A stretch of 33,500 bases of DNA, taken from a virus. Taxonomy: Duplodnaviria; Caudoviricetes. The notes under the pieces were generated by a model. It saw only the letters and a program-made list of their open reading frames with translations, was not told the origin of the DNA and made no database searches. The DNA is taken from positions 1 to 33,500 of IMG/VR virus record IMGVR_UViG_3300044724_002115, one strand, 5' to 3'. The translations under genes and the position numbers were made by a program. Every line of letters starts with the position of its first letter. The stretch's first letter is position 1. Of this stretch, positions 8,900-18,945 are shown in pieces.

Positions 8900-9016
8900 C
8901 TTAGACTTCCCTTTCTTAAATCCATCAGTGGCATAGTACATCTTCACCTGCTTATCGGTAAACACCCTGCCACTTGGACTTACATTCTTATTTCTTCCTA
9001 CCTTCTTAAATGGCAT
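8873..9016 (-). CDS. small highly basic protein (47 aa, not in ORF track)
   Basis: MPFKKVGRNKNVSPSGRVFTDKQVKMYYATDGFKKGKSKLTRRKKRK*. A-rich leader; last gene of the virion block. Confidence 0.7.
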   Translation of the reverse strand: MPFKKVGRNKNVSPSGRVFTDKQVKMYYATDGFKKGKSKLTRRKKRK

Positions 9017-9031
9017 AGCTATATATTTATT

Positions 9032-9047
9032 GTGTCTTCAAAGACAC
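9032..9047 (+). repeat. GTGTCTTCAAAGACAC copy 4 (intergenic)
   Basis: Exact match between the giant gene stop and the 47-aa ORF. Confidence 0.95.
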
Positions 9048-9054
9048 TTGGTTA

Positions 9055-12000
9055 CTACCTTCTTCTAGCTCTTGTCCTTTCTCGCATCTCCTTCTTTCTT
9101 TCCTTCATCTTCTGCTCACGCTTATAGTACTGAGTTCCCGGACCGTATCTCTTGTTGTACTCTTCCTCATCATAAAGCTTAAGTGTCTTCTTCATCTGAG
9201 CTTCTGTCTGTTCCTTCTTCTTAGTTGTCTTGCTTTCCTTCTGTCCGTATCCCGGTCTGTAGGATTTAGATATACCAAGTGTGGTAAGTACATTCTCCTC
9301 TGATGTATCTCCACCCATAAGCTTTGCTAAGGCAATAGGTGTGTCAAGCTGAGCACCAATAGCTATCTCTACGATTGGTTGAGATGCCTTGATAATACTA
9401 CCGGAAGATAGACCATCGTATGCTTTGTTTATCTTATATAATACAGAGTTAAAAGGGTTAACACCCTCGCTAGTAGGCTTCCTGTCTCCTGTAATTTTAT
9501 TGTTCATTACCTCTAATCCTGAACCTACAATAGGTATCTGAAATATTATATTCTTACCCATAAGAGCATCTAGCATAGCCTTGTAAGCTCTATCCCTATC
9601 ATCGCTATTACCTGATATAAGAGATGCAGAGTATGCTGCCATTGTAAACATCACGTTAGCTACCGCATAGTTAAGTGCAAATGTTTTAGCATCCTTGGAT
9701 GAAGGAACCTTACCTTTTGAGATGTCATTAACCATACTGTTCATAGACTGATACACCTTGTTCTGCTGTAGGAAAACTGTACTGCCGAACATAGTAAAGA
9801 ACTTTGTATACCAATTATTATCCTGCTGTAGCTGATTCTTTTCCGTAGCTCTCCTACTCTGCTGAGTGGCATTGTAATCGTTAAACATCCTTAGTGCCTC
9901 AGCCTTAGACTTACCATCCCTGATTGCTTTGTTGTACACCGCCTTATAACCAAGCACACCTAGTATATCTCCGGCAACCGTAGGTAAACCCGCTACTTTT
10001 CTGAAGCCTCTTTTTAGTTTACCTCTCTTACCCTGCTGCGCTGTTCCCTTCTTAAAGGTTCTTGTTCCTGACTCTAAGCCATATATATCTCCCTCTAATC
10101 CCATCTTAATACGGTTATCAAAGGTTGCGGATACCTCCCTTGCCTCTTTTATCTCTGACCTTATCATCATCAAAACATAAGCGTAGTCAGCTACAAAGCT
10201 TAGTAGGTTGTACCCCGGTACTTTTGTTTTACCATCTCCATAGCTATCGTATGCCTGTATAAATGAAGTTGCTTGCTTCAGTATCTGTATAGGTTTAAAT
10301 GCTAATGCAAACCCTGCAAACTTTCTCTGTATCCAATTTACTGCATCTCTTTTTTTGCTAAGAGAAGGACCTGCATCAGGATTAATTGCGTAGTTCAATG
10401 CGGTATTAAAAATTTGTTTTACTCCTGTTTCGTTTAGCAGGTTCCGAATACCTCTATCCTTAAGCACAGAGTTTATTTGTTTTACACCTACCGCATAAGC
10501 CTTGTACCTTTCCATCTGCTTTGTGTGCTCCTCCATCACATCTGTAAAGGATAGACCAAGTACAACATCACTCGTTTGGTCTGTTCTTTCTTTAAGTGCG
10601 GGAGAAAACTCAGCGTTAAATATCTTCTGTATCTCTGAACCTCTAACTATGTCATCTGTAACCTCAGCCTGAGATAGTGTGCGTGTTGGGAAGTAGTTCT
10701 CTACGAAACCTAGGTTAACATCATTGACCTGAGAGTACACAGCGTTAGTCTCCTCAAAGTATGTAGTACTAAGGAAGTCAACCACCTGCTCAATTATTTT
10801 TACTTGGTCCTTTCCAACAAAAGTTTTTAGTTGTTCTATCTTAGCATCTGTAAACCCCTGTGCATAAAGTTTTTCCTTTTGGTCATCATTTAAAGACAAA
10901 GCAATTACCCGCATAGCTTGGTCCTTGTTAAACTCAGACCTCTTTACTTTAGTATCTGTCAGGGTAGTCTTTAGACCTTTAATTTTTTCTGTATCAGTAC
11001 CTAAGCTTTGCTTCCACTTAATCCAAGATTTTCCAACAACCGATTGGGTAATGGCATCCATCTTATTGGTAACCCTCCGAACACCTTTCAGGTTATTCTC
11101 ATCCATATTATTTAGGTTGTCGTAGAATACCTTTGTGAACATACCCTTCTTGCCTCTGTCCAATATATTTGTTATGGTTCCAAGGTGAGCAAGGTTATTA
11201 TTAAAGAAGCTTAAAAGCATATTCGTTTTATACTTTCTTCCTTCTGACATAAATTGCTTACCCCACTTACTAAGTCCGGTCCACACACCATTGTTTTTAA
11301 AGGCTGACCTTATACTACTTCTTCTTTCGTCTAACTGAGGCTGCTCTAGGGCTACACCATCTTCATTATACAGCTCCTTAAAGTCCTCCTTCATCTGATT
11401 GTTGAGAGCATCTTTAATTTCTTGAGTCATTATCTTGCGAGCTTCTCTGTTATTATTTAATCTTGCGATAGACTCACCCCTTGTTTTCTTAACCTCCTCA
11501 AACAAAGCATTAACATCCTCAAGATTCATCGTCAGTACATCTGAGAATGTATCTAAAGCTAACTGCCTATCAACCATCTGCTGTTGTTTTCTTGTTGGTT
11601 TGTTACCCTCATCTATTGCCTGCATACCTTCGTTGTAAAGGTTTTCATCTACACTATTTTGTAGCTCAAGCATAGCATCAGCATCCTGCTTTATAGCAGC
11701 TCGTAAAACTTTCTTAACCTCAGCAAAGTAGCTCTGACCTATAGCATCTAAACCTGCAGACCTTTTCTTTCCTGACTGAGTTCTTGCTGTCTTTGCTTTC
11801 TTAGCTACTAGGTCCTGTATCTTAAGTATAACTTTATTTCTAAGAACGGTTCTTTGTTTCTCAACCTCATTAAGAACCTTAGTCATCTGACCATTAAAGT
11901 TTTTATCAGTGGTCTCATTAATTACTTTAATGAGTTTATTTATTGTGGTGTTAGAGTAGTTTTTAGAGCTAGGAAGCAGTTGTCTTATCCTCATCCTCAT

Positions 12001-15000
12001 TGCTCTTTGAGCATCCTTAAGATTCTTAGCTCCTTTCTTTCTCTGCTTTAGCTTAGCTCTGATGTCTGCAATCTGCTGTCTCACCCTTGGATTACTTCTT
12101 ATACCAAGTGCTCTGTCGAATGCGTTTAGTATCTCCATCTGAATCTGCTCATCCTGAACCTGAAAGATTGGATTAGCTTTCATTATCTCTATCGCCTTAC
12201 CTCTAACCTCGGCAAATGTTTTTGTCCTTACACCTGCTGTACCTACACCACCTCGGGGACCTTCGATAGCGAATGCATTCACCGCATCCCTAACCTCGTT
12301 GAATAGCTTCTGTCCAACTATAGCACCTCCCTCAACATTTCCAAACTCAGATGGCATCTCAGTAACTAGGTCTATCTGAACTGTCATCGCTTCCTTAATG
12401 TCAGCGGCTTTAAATCCTCTGTCCTTAAGCACAACCCTAATTGATGCATCACTAAAACCATTTGCTCTAGCTGTTGATACTATATTATCTATTGATGGGT
12501 TAGGAGATGCGGTCATAAGCTGCAGCTCATTGGAGAGGTTCTTTACCTCAGCATCCTTGAACAGCTTATTCTCAGACATCAGGTCCACAACAACACTGTT
12601 TAAGAACTCATCCAAGCTTAGGTCTTTAATCTGTTCAGGTGTCATCTTACCTATACCTGTCAGCTTCTTAACGAACTCAAACAATTCATTCAACCAATTC
12701 TTAAAGTTTCTTTTCTGAGCAGCATTAACAAACGACTCACCCTTATCTCCGATAGCTGTGGCAAGTGCCTCCTCAAGAATGTAGTTTCTTATATTCTCTT
12801 CGGTAGCTCCATCCTTCTTCATCTGCTTAATTACCTTCTGATAAGCAGCGTTGTTCTCAACCTGAGATACGTACTCGCTATCTTTAATTAAATTAAGACC
12901 ACTCTTGTATGCCTCAGGATTCATCTCCTTAGCAACATTCATCCATATATGTCCGAACTCGTGAACAGGTGTATTGAAGTTTGATAAAGAAGGATTCAGG
13001 TATAGCTTACCATCTAGTACTGCACCATATATTTTTTGTCCACCGACCTTTCCTGTTTTGGTAGATAGTTTTTTAGCAGCTAAATTCTCAACAAGGTTAT
13101 CGAACTCTTCCTTAGATGCAAGTACCTCAACACTTGGAAATGCTTTGGTTAATCTATTTATAAACCTCCTGTATGTGTTTTCTCTAGCCTCTTGAACTTC
13201 AAAAGATTTATTTGCCTGCATCTGTGCTCGTCTATACTCAGCTCTTTCTGAAGCAGATTCTGTGTAGGTTTCACCAACTCCTTCTGTCTTAGTTATTTTA
13301 CCGTACTTGCTTTCTATAATTTTTACAGCAGGCTTCTTATTTGATTTAGGAAGTGTTGATTCAGACTCTACCTTATTAGTAGTACCCTTCTTCATTAGCT
13401 TAATAGTACGAACTCCTTTAGATGTAGATACCTTTACGATTCTTTCGCTACCGTTCATATCTACGGTATACTTCTCGTCAGGTTGGATAACACGCGCTAA
13501 CTTTTTATCAATAGTATTAGTAGCTTCTTTAGATATCTTCCAAAAGGGAACAGTTTCCTCTAGCATTGCAACTGCCCTACCTCTAATATATACAGGATAG
13601 TTTCTGTGCCTACGAATACCTTCAGCATCTTGTTGCTCCTGAGTCATAATAGCTTTGTCTATGTCAGCCTCCTTTGTTATCGGGTTACCATCAGCATCTG
13701 TAATCTCTAGCACCATAGTCATTGCACCCATAGGAAGGTCTTTAGCAAACTGCTCGGAAATTTCATCTCTAATTTTTTCCTGAGTGATTCCCTGCTCCTT
13801 TAGAATCTTACCTATGTTTAATTTCGGGTTGATATCTTTTTTAGGTATTACCTTTGTAGTAATAGCAGCCTTGGTATCTACATCTAGTTCAGAGAAAGCA
13901 TCTACAAATTCAGCAATGTTCTTAGAATCTCTTGCCATATTATGAACCTCTTCTGTTTTTTTACCGTGCTTAACGGTTTGAAGATAGCTCATCATCTCTG
14001 TAAAAATTTTATCAGGATTCGGAGCTTTCTGTATATCAGAAACAAAGGCATCAACAACTGCAAGATTTGAGTCTACTGCTGTTGGATTCATATTAAATAC
14101 CACGCTCTTGTCAGATTTGATAGAACCTCTTACGATAGCTCTAGCAGCTTCTAAATCAATAGATGCCCAAGCCACCTTACCAAATGTATCCTCCATTAAA
14201 GGAAAGAAATGACCACCCATAAGGTCCTTGTCTACCTTTAATTGGTCTGCCATAACAAGGTTTATCTTAGACTTAACCAAGTCCTTTAATTTAATCTTAG
14301 GAACTTTGTCGCTAAGCTCTTTGTTCTCTGTTATGTTAACAGGAATAGGTTCTACCGCAGGCTCCTCAACTGTAAATGATTCTTCAACAATCTCAGGTTG
14401 AACCTCGTTCATCAGCTCAGTAGCAGCCTTCTGAAGTTTTTGTTTTCTTTTAGGAGAGGTCTCATCTGAGCTAAGCTGAAACTGTGGGTCAGATTGGTTA
14501 TCAATAAAATCCTTAAGGTCGTCAACCTCTTGGTCTCCTAGAGACTGCTCATCAACAGCCTCCTCGGTGGTAGGTGTAACCTCTTCCGCTACATCCTCTG
14601 TAACTTGTTGCTCACCTTTAACAGTTACTGCTTCTAATACAGGCAGTTTTATTTTTATTTTAAATTTAGCCGAACCTATTTTATCTGTTGTCGCTTCAAT
14701 TCCGGGATATATTTCTTGTAGCTCTTTAATAATATTATCAGCCTCAGATTTATCTACTAAGATGTCATTGTAGTCTGTAGCTTCGCCCGTAATATTTTCT
14801 TTTGTAGCTTTGTTTAATGTTACCTCTTTAGTAATAATGTTTCCTTGATTATCTACTACTTCCTTATATCCTTTTTCTTTAGCTTTATTAAATACCCTTA
14901 AACCATCTTTAGATACGCTTTTAGTTTCTATCCATTGATGCCCTTCAGGTAGTTTTGATTGTGCATCTCTTATCATTTTACCAAAGCCATTACCTTCAGC

Positions 15001-18000
15001 TATTTGCATTTTAGAGGTAAACTGATTTGTAGGTTTGCCATTTTTATAAACCCTATAAAAACCTACATAGTTTTGATTAGTTCCTGTACTACTAACAATT
15101 ATATCTGCATCTCCTTCAGTATTAGTATAGGTAGCTGTAGAAACTCCATCTTTTGTTGTTATGTCAGATATTTTAGATGTACCCGGTATTCCGGGAGCTT
15201 TTTGAGTATCTTCAAATAGTTCTTTATCTCTATTATTTAATCTTTCAGCTTTCTGAGCTTCTTGCTCACCTTCAACTTCCTCCGGTGTCTTTGAAGACAC
15301 AACCTCCTCAGCTACCGCTTCAGTAGCATCAACATCAACCTCACCCTCAACAACAGATATTGATTCAGCATCTGCTACCTCTGCCTGTGTCTCAGCTAGC
15401 TTATCCTCAATCTTACCCTGCATCATTTTTTTAACAAGGGCATTGTTAACATCGCTGTCATTACTCACCTTAATAAGAGGTGTGTTGTTTAACTTCTCAG
15501 GTGTTGAGCTCTCAATATAGTTAAGCATCTCCTCCTTTGTTACCTGCCTAGCTCTCTTAAACTTATTGGTCTTTAGCTTGTAGGTCGGCATAGCCTGTCT
15601 TATATCACCCTCTGATGTCTGCTCTCCTGAGAACAAAACTCCTGTGCCCTCTAGCATTGTCTGCTTATCCTTTGACCTAAGCTTCTTGGTTGTAATTATA
15701 TCATTAAGCTCATCGTTAATCTCTCCAATCTTTTTACCGAACAGCTCCTTCCTACTTGTTGTGGATGATAGCTCTGCCTTTGCAGCAAGCAGCTGCATAA
15801 CTCTTTCGGTAAGAGCCTTAGCTCCTTTACCCTCAAACCTTCTCTCTATCCTGCCTGTGTTTAATAATTCATTAGCTGTTTTTCTTAGACCAACATTATC
15901 CTGAATACGTTTGTTCTCCTCAGGACTAATCTGACCGAGCCTCTCCATATTGTTTCCCCACTCAGATATCCTTGAGTCACTAGCCGACTCATTTACCATA
16001 TCATTAATCCTAGTCAGCTCAGCAGCCTTCTCTATGTTGTTCGTTCTCTTAGCTTGTCTTAGCAGGTTGATGGACATATTAGATGTGTTGTTACCTACAG
16101 CACCACCTGCCTCAGCATAAATCTCCTTCCAATCTATATCATCACCAACATTTATTTGAGCAAGGTACTCACCTACACCTTCAGCAAAAGGGTCAAATGT
16201 TAATCTCTCAGCAACCATCGCAGCTATCCTGCTACCTTTACCCGCTAGCATTGATGGAGCTAGAATCTTACCCGCTAGACTTAAGGTAAACATATCCACC
16301 ATAGCGATAGGTATACCCCTCTTTAACCCACGCTCTCTTCCTTTGTCCCATACACTTTGATTCTGCAGGGCAAGTGCCACCATCTCAGCATCATTAACCG
16401 TGCTTCCGTTCTCTTCACAGAACTCACGTATAGACTCTATCATCTCGTTGGTGTATTCCATAGCAAGACTCGAAGCCGCCATACCCGTTCTTAATCCCCA
16501 AATACCACCGGTTATTGCTCCGGGTACTGCTCCTACCCCTGCTGCAGGAGCACCTATTGCAGCACCTGTTGCTGCACCTGTTGCAGTTGTTCCTGCAATA
16601 ATCTTCCATCCGTACGGAAGCATCTGAGATAAGCTACCTGCAGCTAAGCTTGTAGCCCATTCTAAGGGGTCGCTAAGTATAACATTAGCTATCTCACTAG
16701 ATGTTCTTGCCTGACCGTATCTTGACATCACCCTAGATATCTTCTCGGGTTCCTCTTGCAGATACATAACAATCTTCTCAGCCATCTTCTGTGTGGACTC
16801 GGGGTCATTCAAATCAAAGCCTCCTAGTATCTCAGGGTAGAAAGCACCGGCAAGTATTACATCACCCGCCCTACCTCTTGATAAACCACCTGACCACTCT
16901 GTTGTAAATGAATCCCAATTATCAGCGTACTCTTTTGTGGCTGCCTTATTATGCTTCATATCATAATAAGTATTTCCGTTGTAGTACTTATCAGCTGCTA
17001 TTGACTTATATACCTGAGCCTCTTCAAATGCCTGTGATAGTAGCCTTGCCTTTTCATTTTTAATTGGGTCCTCAAAATCAATACCCACTAGCTCCTCAGG
17101 TCTTAGGTTAAAGTTCTCTAGAGCATCCTCCACAATACTCTCCTCAATCTGTTTAACTTGAGTAACCATCTCAATGGCTTTTGGTATCTCTGCCTGATGT
17201 CTCTTGTTTAGGTACAGGTCGAACTCTTCTCTTGCTAGCTGCGACTCCTCTGATAAAAAAGAAAAAGATAATCTATCAGCTACCTTCTCCGCATTCTCAA
17301 GCAGCTGCTGTGTATCCTGCCTTAGCTTACCATCTATGTATAGCTTATCCACATTGTTCCCTAGCATCTCTACCTGCTCCTCGGTTAGGTTCTCTTGGTT
17401 AAATGGTGCTCTATTTTTTCCAAATAGATTTGCACTTCCATCCCTATCAGGGTCTAGGAAGAACATTATGTCGGTTGCATCCATATACTTATCGTATACC
17501 TGCTTCTCGCTCTCGTAATCCATACCTCTCTTTCGGTAGAAGTCTAGTGCCTCTGCCTCGTGAGTGCTGACATCCTTCCAATTCCCTTGAGCAAAATCCT
17601 CTGCCTCCTCCTGCGTGTCAAAAACAAATACCTCTTTTCTTTTCTCCGCTACCTCTATTGCCTCCTCAAATGAAAGCTCCATCCAATCAGCAGGTTTTGC
17701 TGTGTAGGTCTCAGGGTCCTTAGGGAATAGTGTTGGTATAACCTTATACTTACCATCCTCTTCATAGGATGTAAAAAGAACAGTAGACTCTGAGCCATCT
17801 CCATTATCTCTAGCAACATCTCTAAGCTGCTTAGCTCTCATAGAGTTAATGACAAGTCCTGTGGGTGCATCCGCAGGTTTATGCGTGGAGTTAACCACCA
17901 TAAAATCCCTAAGCTTTTTAGACTCAGCAATCTCTGTTGAGCTAAAAAAAGGGTCTAGGTCTATGGTAATTGTTGCACCGTTAGGAGCAGCAACCAACAT

Positions 18001-18936
18001 AGCATCACCTATACCTATTTCTTGAAAAACAAAACCATATCCATTAAACTGCTTTCTTAAATTTTCTATAACAACATCCTCCTCTTTATCTATCAGCTCA
18101 GGTTGTATCGTAGATAGGGCAAACTGAAAACCTTCGTCCTCTATATTACCTAAACGAACCTGCTCCTCTATATCCTTCATCTCGCTCTTAGCAGCTGCCT
18201 CAGCATTCTGCTTAGCTTGTAGAGCAGGTAGCTCTTCTTCCATTTGTTTCTCAGTAAAAAGGCGGTCTTGCATTTGTTGGTTATAGTAATAACCATCGGC
18301 ATTCATATCAATGTCTCTTTTTCCTCCCGGAATTAATTCTAAAGCCTTTGCCGCCTCATCTTGGTACTCATCTGTTCTGTAATCTCTTGCTACTTCTGCT
18401 AATTCTTGAAAAGTTCTTTGTCTAATAACACCTGTCTCCGGGTCTACTATAAATTTTCTGTCAAATTCTTTTTCCTTTAGCTCTCGTAGTGGTCGCTCTT
18501 TCTCCCACTGCTCTAGTTGCTTTCTCTTAGTATCTTCTTCTATTGCTTCTCCAAGACGAGTAGTATACTCCTCTTCAGGTATAGGAGCATTTATTTTAGC
18601 CAACATAGCCTCCCTATCCTCTCTATCTTTCTGCTGCTTCTTAAGAGATTCTGCTGAAACCGAAGAACCATCTTCCGAAGACAAATCCGTAGAACCGCTT
18701 TGAACGCTTGGCTGTGTTGTCTGTCCTTTTTTTTTTACGAGTTCTTTCCACTGCTCCAAGGGTCTTCTTTGAGCAAAGGTATTATCTTGTGAAGAAACCC
18801 AAGAGTGAAATTTTTCTTGATACTCACTATCTGTTCCAAGTTTTTCTTTCCAAGATTCAAACGTGTATCTATCTGTAAATGTTGGGTCCTCTGATGTTGT
18901 CCAATCCCAAAGGTCTTTAATATATTTTTCGTCCAT
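9055..18936 (-). CDS. giant polyvalent internal virion / DNA ejection protein with zincin metallopeptidase (MPTase-like) domain
   Basis: 3293 aa. HEFGH (12949-12963) with downstream EEALA; Gly/Ala-rich hydrophobic segment; last of three genes after the tail genes and the GNAT. Confidence 0.75.
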   Translation of the reverse strand: MDEKYIKDLWDWTTSEDPTFTDRYTFESWKEKLGTDSEYQEKFHSWVSSQDNTFAQRRPLEQWKELVKKKGQTTQPSVQSGSTDLSSEDGSSVSAESLKKQQKDREDREAMLAKINAPIPEEEYTTRLGEAIEEDTKRKQLEQWEKERPLRELKEKEFDRKFIVDPETGVIRQRTFQELAEVARDYRTDEYQDEAAKALELIPGGKRDIDMNADGYYYNQQMQDRLFTEKQMEEELPALQAKQNAEAAAKSEMKDIEEQVRLGNIEDEGFQFALSTIQPELIDKEEDVVIENLRKQFNGYGFVFQEIGIGDAMLVAAPNGATITIDLDPFFSSTEIAESKKLRDFMVVNSTHKPADAPTGLVINSMRAKQLRDVARDNGDGSESTVLFTSYEEDGKYKVIPTLFPKDPETYTAKPADWMELSFEEAIEVAEKRKEVFVFDTQEEAEDFAQGNWKDVSTHEAEALDFYRKRGMDYESEKQVYDKYMDATDIMFFLDPDRDGSANLFGKNRAPFNQENLTEEQVEMLGNNVDKLYIDGKLRQDTQQLLENAEKVADRLSFSFLSEESQLAREEFDLYLNKRHQAEIPKAIEMVTQVKQIEESIVEDALENFNLRPEELVGIDFEDPIKNEKARLLSQAFEEAQVYKSIAADKYYNGNTYYDMKHNKAATKEYADNWDSFTTEWSGGLSRGRAGDVILAGAFYPEILGGFDLNDPESTQKMAEKIVMYLQEEPEKISRVMSRYGQARTSSEIANVILSDPLEWATSLAAGSLSQMLPYGWKIIAGTTATGAATGAAIGAPAAGVGAVPGAITGGIWGLRTGMAASSLAMEYTNEMIESIREFCEENGSTVNDAEMVALALQNQSVWDKGRERGLKRGIPIAMVDMFTLSLAGKILAPSMLAGKGSRIAAMVAERLTFDPFAEGVGEYLAQINVGDDIDWKEIYAEAGGAVGNNTSNMSINLLRQAKRTNNIEKAAELTRINDMVNESASDSRISEWGNNMERLGQISPEENKRIQDNVGLRKTANELLNTGRIERRFEGKGAKALTERVMQLLAAKAELSSTTSRKELFGKKIGEINDELNDIITTKKLRSKDKQTMLEGTGVLFSGEQTSEGDIRQAMPTYKLKTNKFKRARQVTKEEMLNYIESSTPEKLNNTPLIKVSNDSDVNNALVKKMMQGKIEDKLAETQAEVADAESISVVEGEVDVDATEAVAEEVVSSKTPEEVEGEQEAQKAERLNNRDKELFEDTQKAPGIPGTSKISDITTKDGVSTATYTNTEGDADIIVSSTGTNQNYVGFYRVYKNGKPTNQFTSKMQIAEGNGFGKMIRDAQSKLPEGHQWIETKSVSKDGLRVFNKAKEKGYKEVVDNQGNIITKEVTLNKATKENITGEATDYNDILVDKSEADNIIKELQEIYPGIEATTDKIGSAKFKIKIKLPVLEAVTVKGEQQVTEDVAEEVTPTTEEAVDEQSLGDQEVDDLKDFIDNQSDPQFQLSSDETSPKRKQKLQKAATELMNEVQPEIVEESFTVEEPAVEPIPVNITENKELSDKVPKIKLKDLVKSKINLVMADQLKVDKDLMGGHFFPLMEDTFGKVAWASIDLEAARAIVRGSIKSDKSVVFNMNPTAVDSNLAVVDAFVSDIQKAPNPDKIFTEMMSYLQTVKHGKKTEEVHNMARDSKNIAEFVDAFSELDVDTKAAITTKVIPKKDINPKLNIGKILKEQGITQEKIRDEISEQFAKDLPMGAMTMVLEITDADGNPITKEADIDKAIMTQEQQDAEGIRRHRNYPVYIRGRAVAMLEETVPFWKISKEATNTIDKKLARVIQPDEKYTVDMNGSERIVKVSTSKGVRTIKLMKKGTTNKVESESTLPKSNKKPAVKIIESKYGKITKTEGVGETYTESASERAEYRRAQMQANKSFEVQEARENTYRRFINRLTKAFPSVEVLASKEEFDNLVENLAAKKLSTKTGKVGGQKIYGAVLDGKLYLNPSLSNFNTPVHEFGHIWMNVAKEMNPEAYKSGLNLIKDSEYVSQVENNAAYQKVIKQMKKDGATEENIRNYILEEALATAIGDKGESFVNAAQKRNFKNWLNELFEFVKKLTGIGKMTPEQIKDLSLDEFLNSVVVDLMSENKLFKDAEVKNLSNELQLMTASPNPSIDNIVSTARANGFSDASIRVVLKDRGFKAADIKEAMTVQIDLVTEMPSEFGNVEGGAIVGQKLFNEVRDAVNAFAIEGPRGGVGTAGVRTKTFAEVRGKAIEIMKANPIFQVQDEQIQMEILNAFDRALGIRSNPRVRQQIADIRAKLKQRKKGAKNLKDAQRAMRMRIRQLLPSSKNYSNTTINKLIKVINETTDKNFNGQMTKVLNEVEKQRTVLRNKVILKIQDLVAKKAKTARTQSGKKRSAGLDAIGQSYFAEVKKVLRAAIKQDADAMLELQNSVDENLYNEGMQAIDEGNKPTRKQQQMVDRQLALDTFSDVLTMNLEDVNALFEEVKKTRGESIARLNNNREARKIMTQEIKDALNNQMKEDFKELYNEDGVALEQPQLDERRSSIRSAFKNNGVWTGLSKWGKQFMSEGRKYKTNMLLSFFNNNLAHLGTITNILDRGKKGMFTKVFYDNLNNMDENNLKGVRRVTNKMDAITQSVVGKSWIKWKQSLGTDTEKIKGLKTTLTDTKVKRSEFNKDQAMRVIALSLNDDQKEKLYAQGFTDAKIEQLKTFVGKDQVKIIEQVVDFLSTTYFEETNAVYSQVNDVNLGFVENYFPTRTLSQAEVTDDIVRGSEIQKIFNAEFSPALKERTDQTSDVVLGLSFTDVMEEHTKQMERYKAYAVGVKQINSVLKDRGIRNLLNETGVKQIFNTALNYAINPDAGPSLSKKRDAVNWIQRKFAGFALAFKPIQILKQATSFIQAYDSYGDGKTKVPGYNLLSFVADYAYVLMMIRSEIKEAREVSATFDNRIKMGLEGDIYGLESGTRTFKKGTAQQGKRGKLKRGFRKVAGLPTVAGDILGVLGYKAVYNKAIRDGKSKAEALRMFNDYNATQQSRRATEKNQLQQDNNWYTKFFTMFGSTVFLQQNKVYQSMNSMVNDISKGKVPSSKDAKTFALNYAVANVMFTMAAYSASLISGNSDDRDRAYKAMLDALMGKNIIFQIPIVGSGLEVMNNKITGDRKPTSEGVNPFNSVLYKINKAYDGLSSGSIIKASQPIVEIAIGAQLDTPIALAKLMGGDTSEENVLTTLGISKSYRPGYGQKESKTTKKKEQTEAQMKKTLKLYDEEEYNKRYGPGTQYYKREQKMKERKKEMRERTRARRR
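15285..15300 (-). repeat. GTGTCTTCAAAGACAC copy 5 (inside giant gene, inverted)
   Basis: + strand reads GTGTCTTTGAAGACAC; encodes VSSKT on the - strand. Confidence 0.95.
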
Positions 18937-18945
18937 ATCTATTAT

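Noticed and set aside
9183-9190. GTGTCTTC half-site (also AAGACAC at 3439-3445)
   Set aside because: Only 7-8 nt match with no second arm; compatible with chance.
10925-17518. Many 60-106 aa + strand ORFs opposite the giant gene
   Set aside because: Antisense shadows of a long coding frame, mostly non-ATG starts, no recognisable motifs. The same applies to 1522-1734, 2529-2720, 3048-3362, 6148-6405 and the + strand ORFs from 20273 to 32033.
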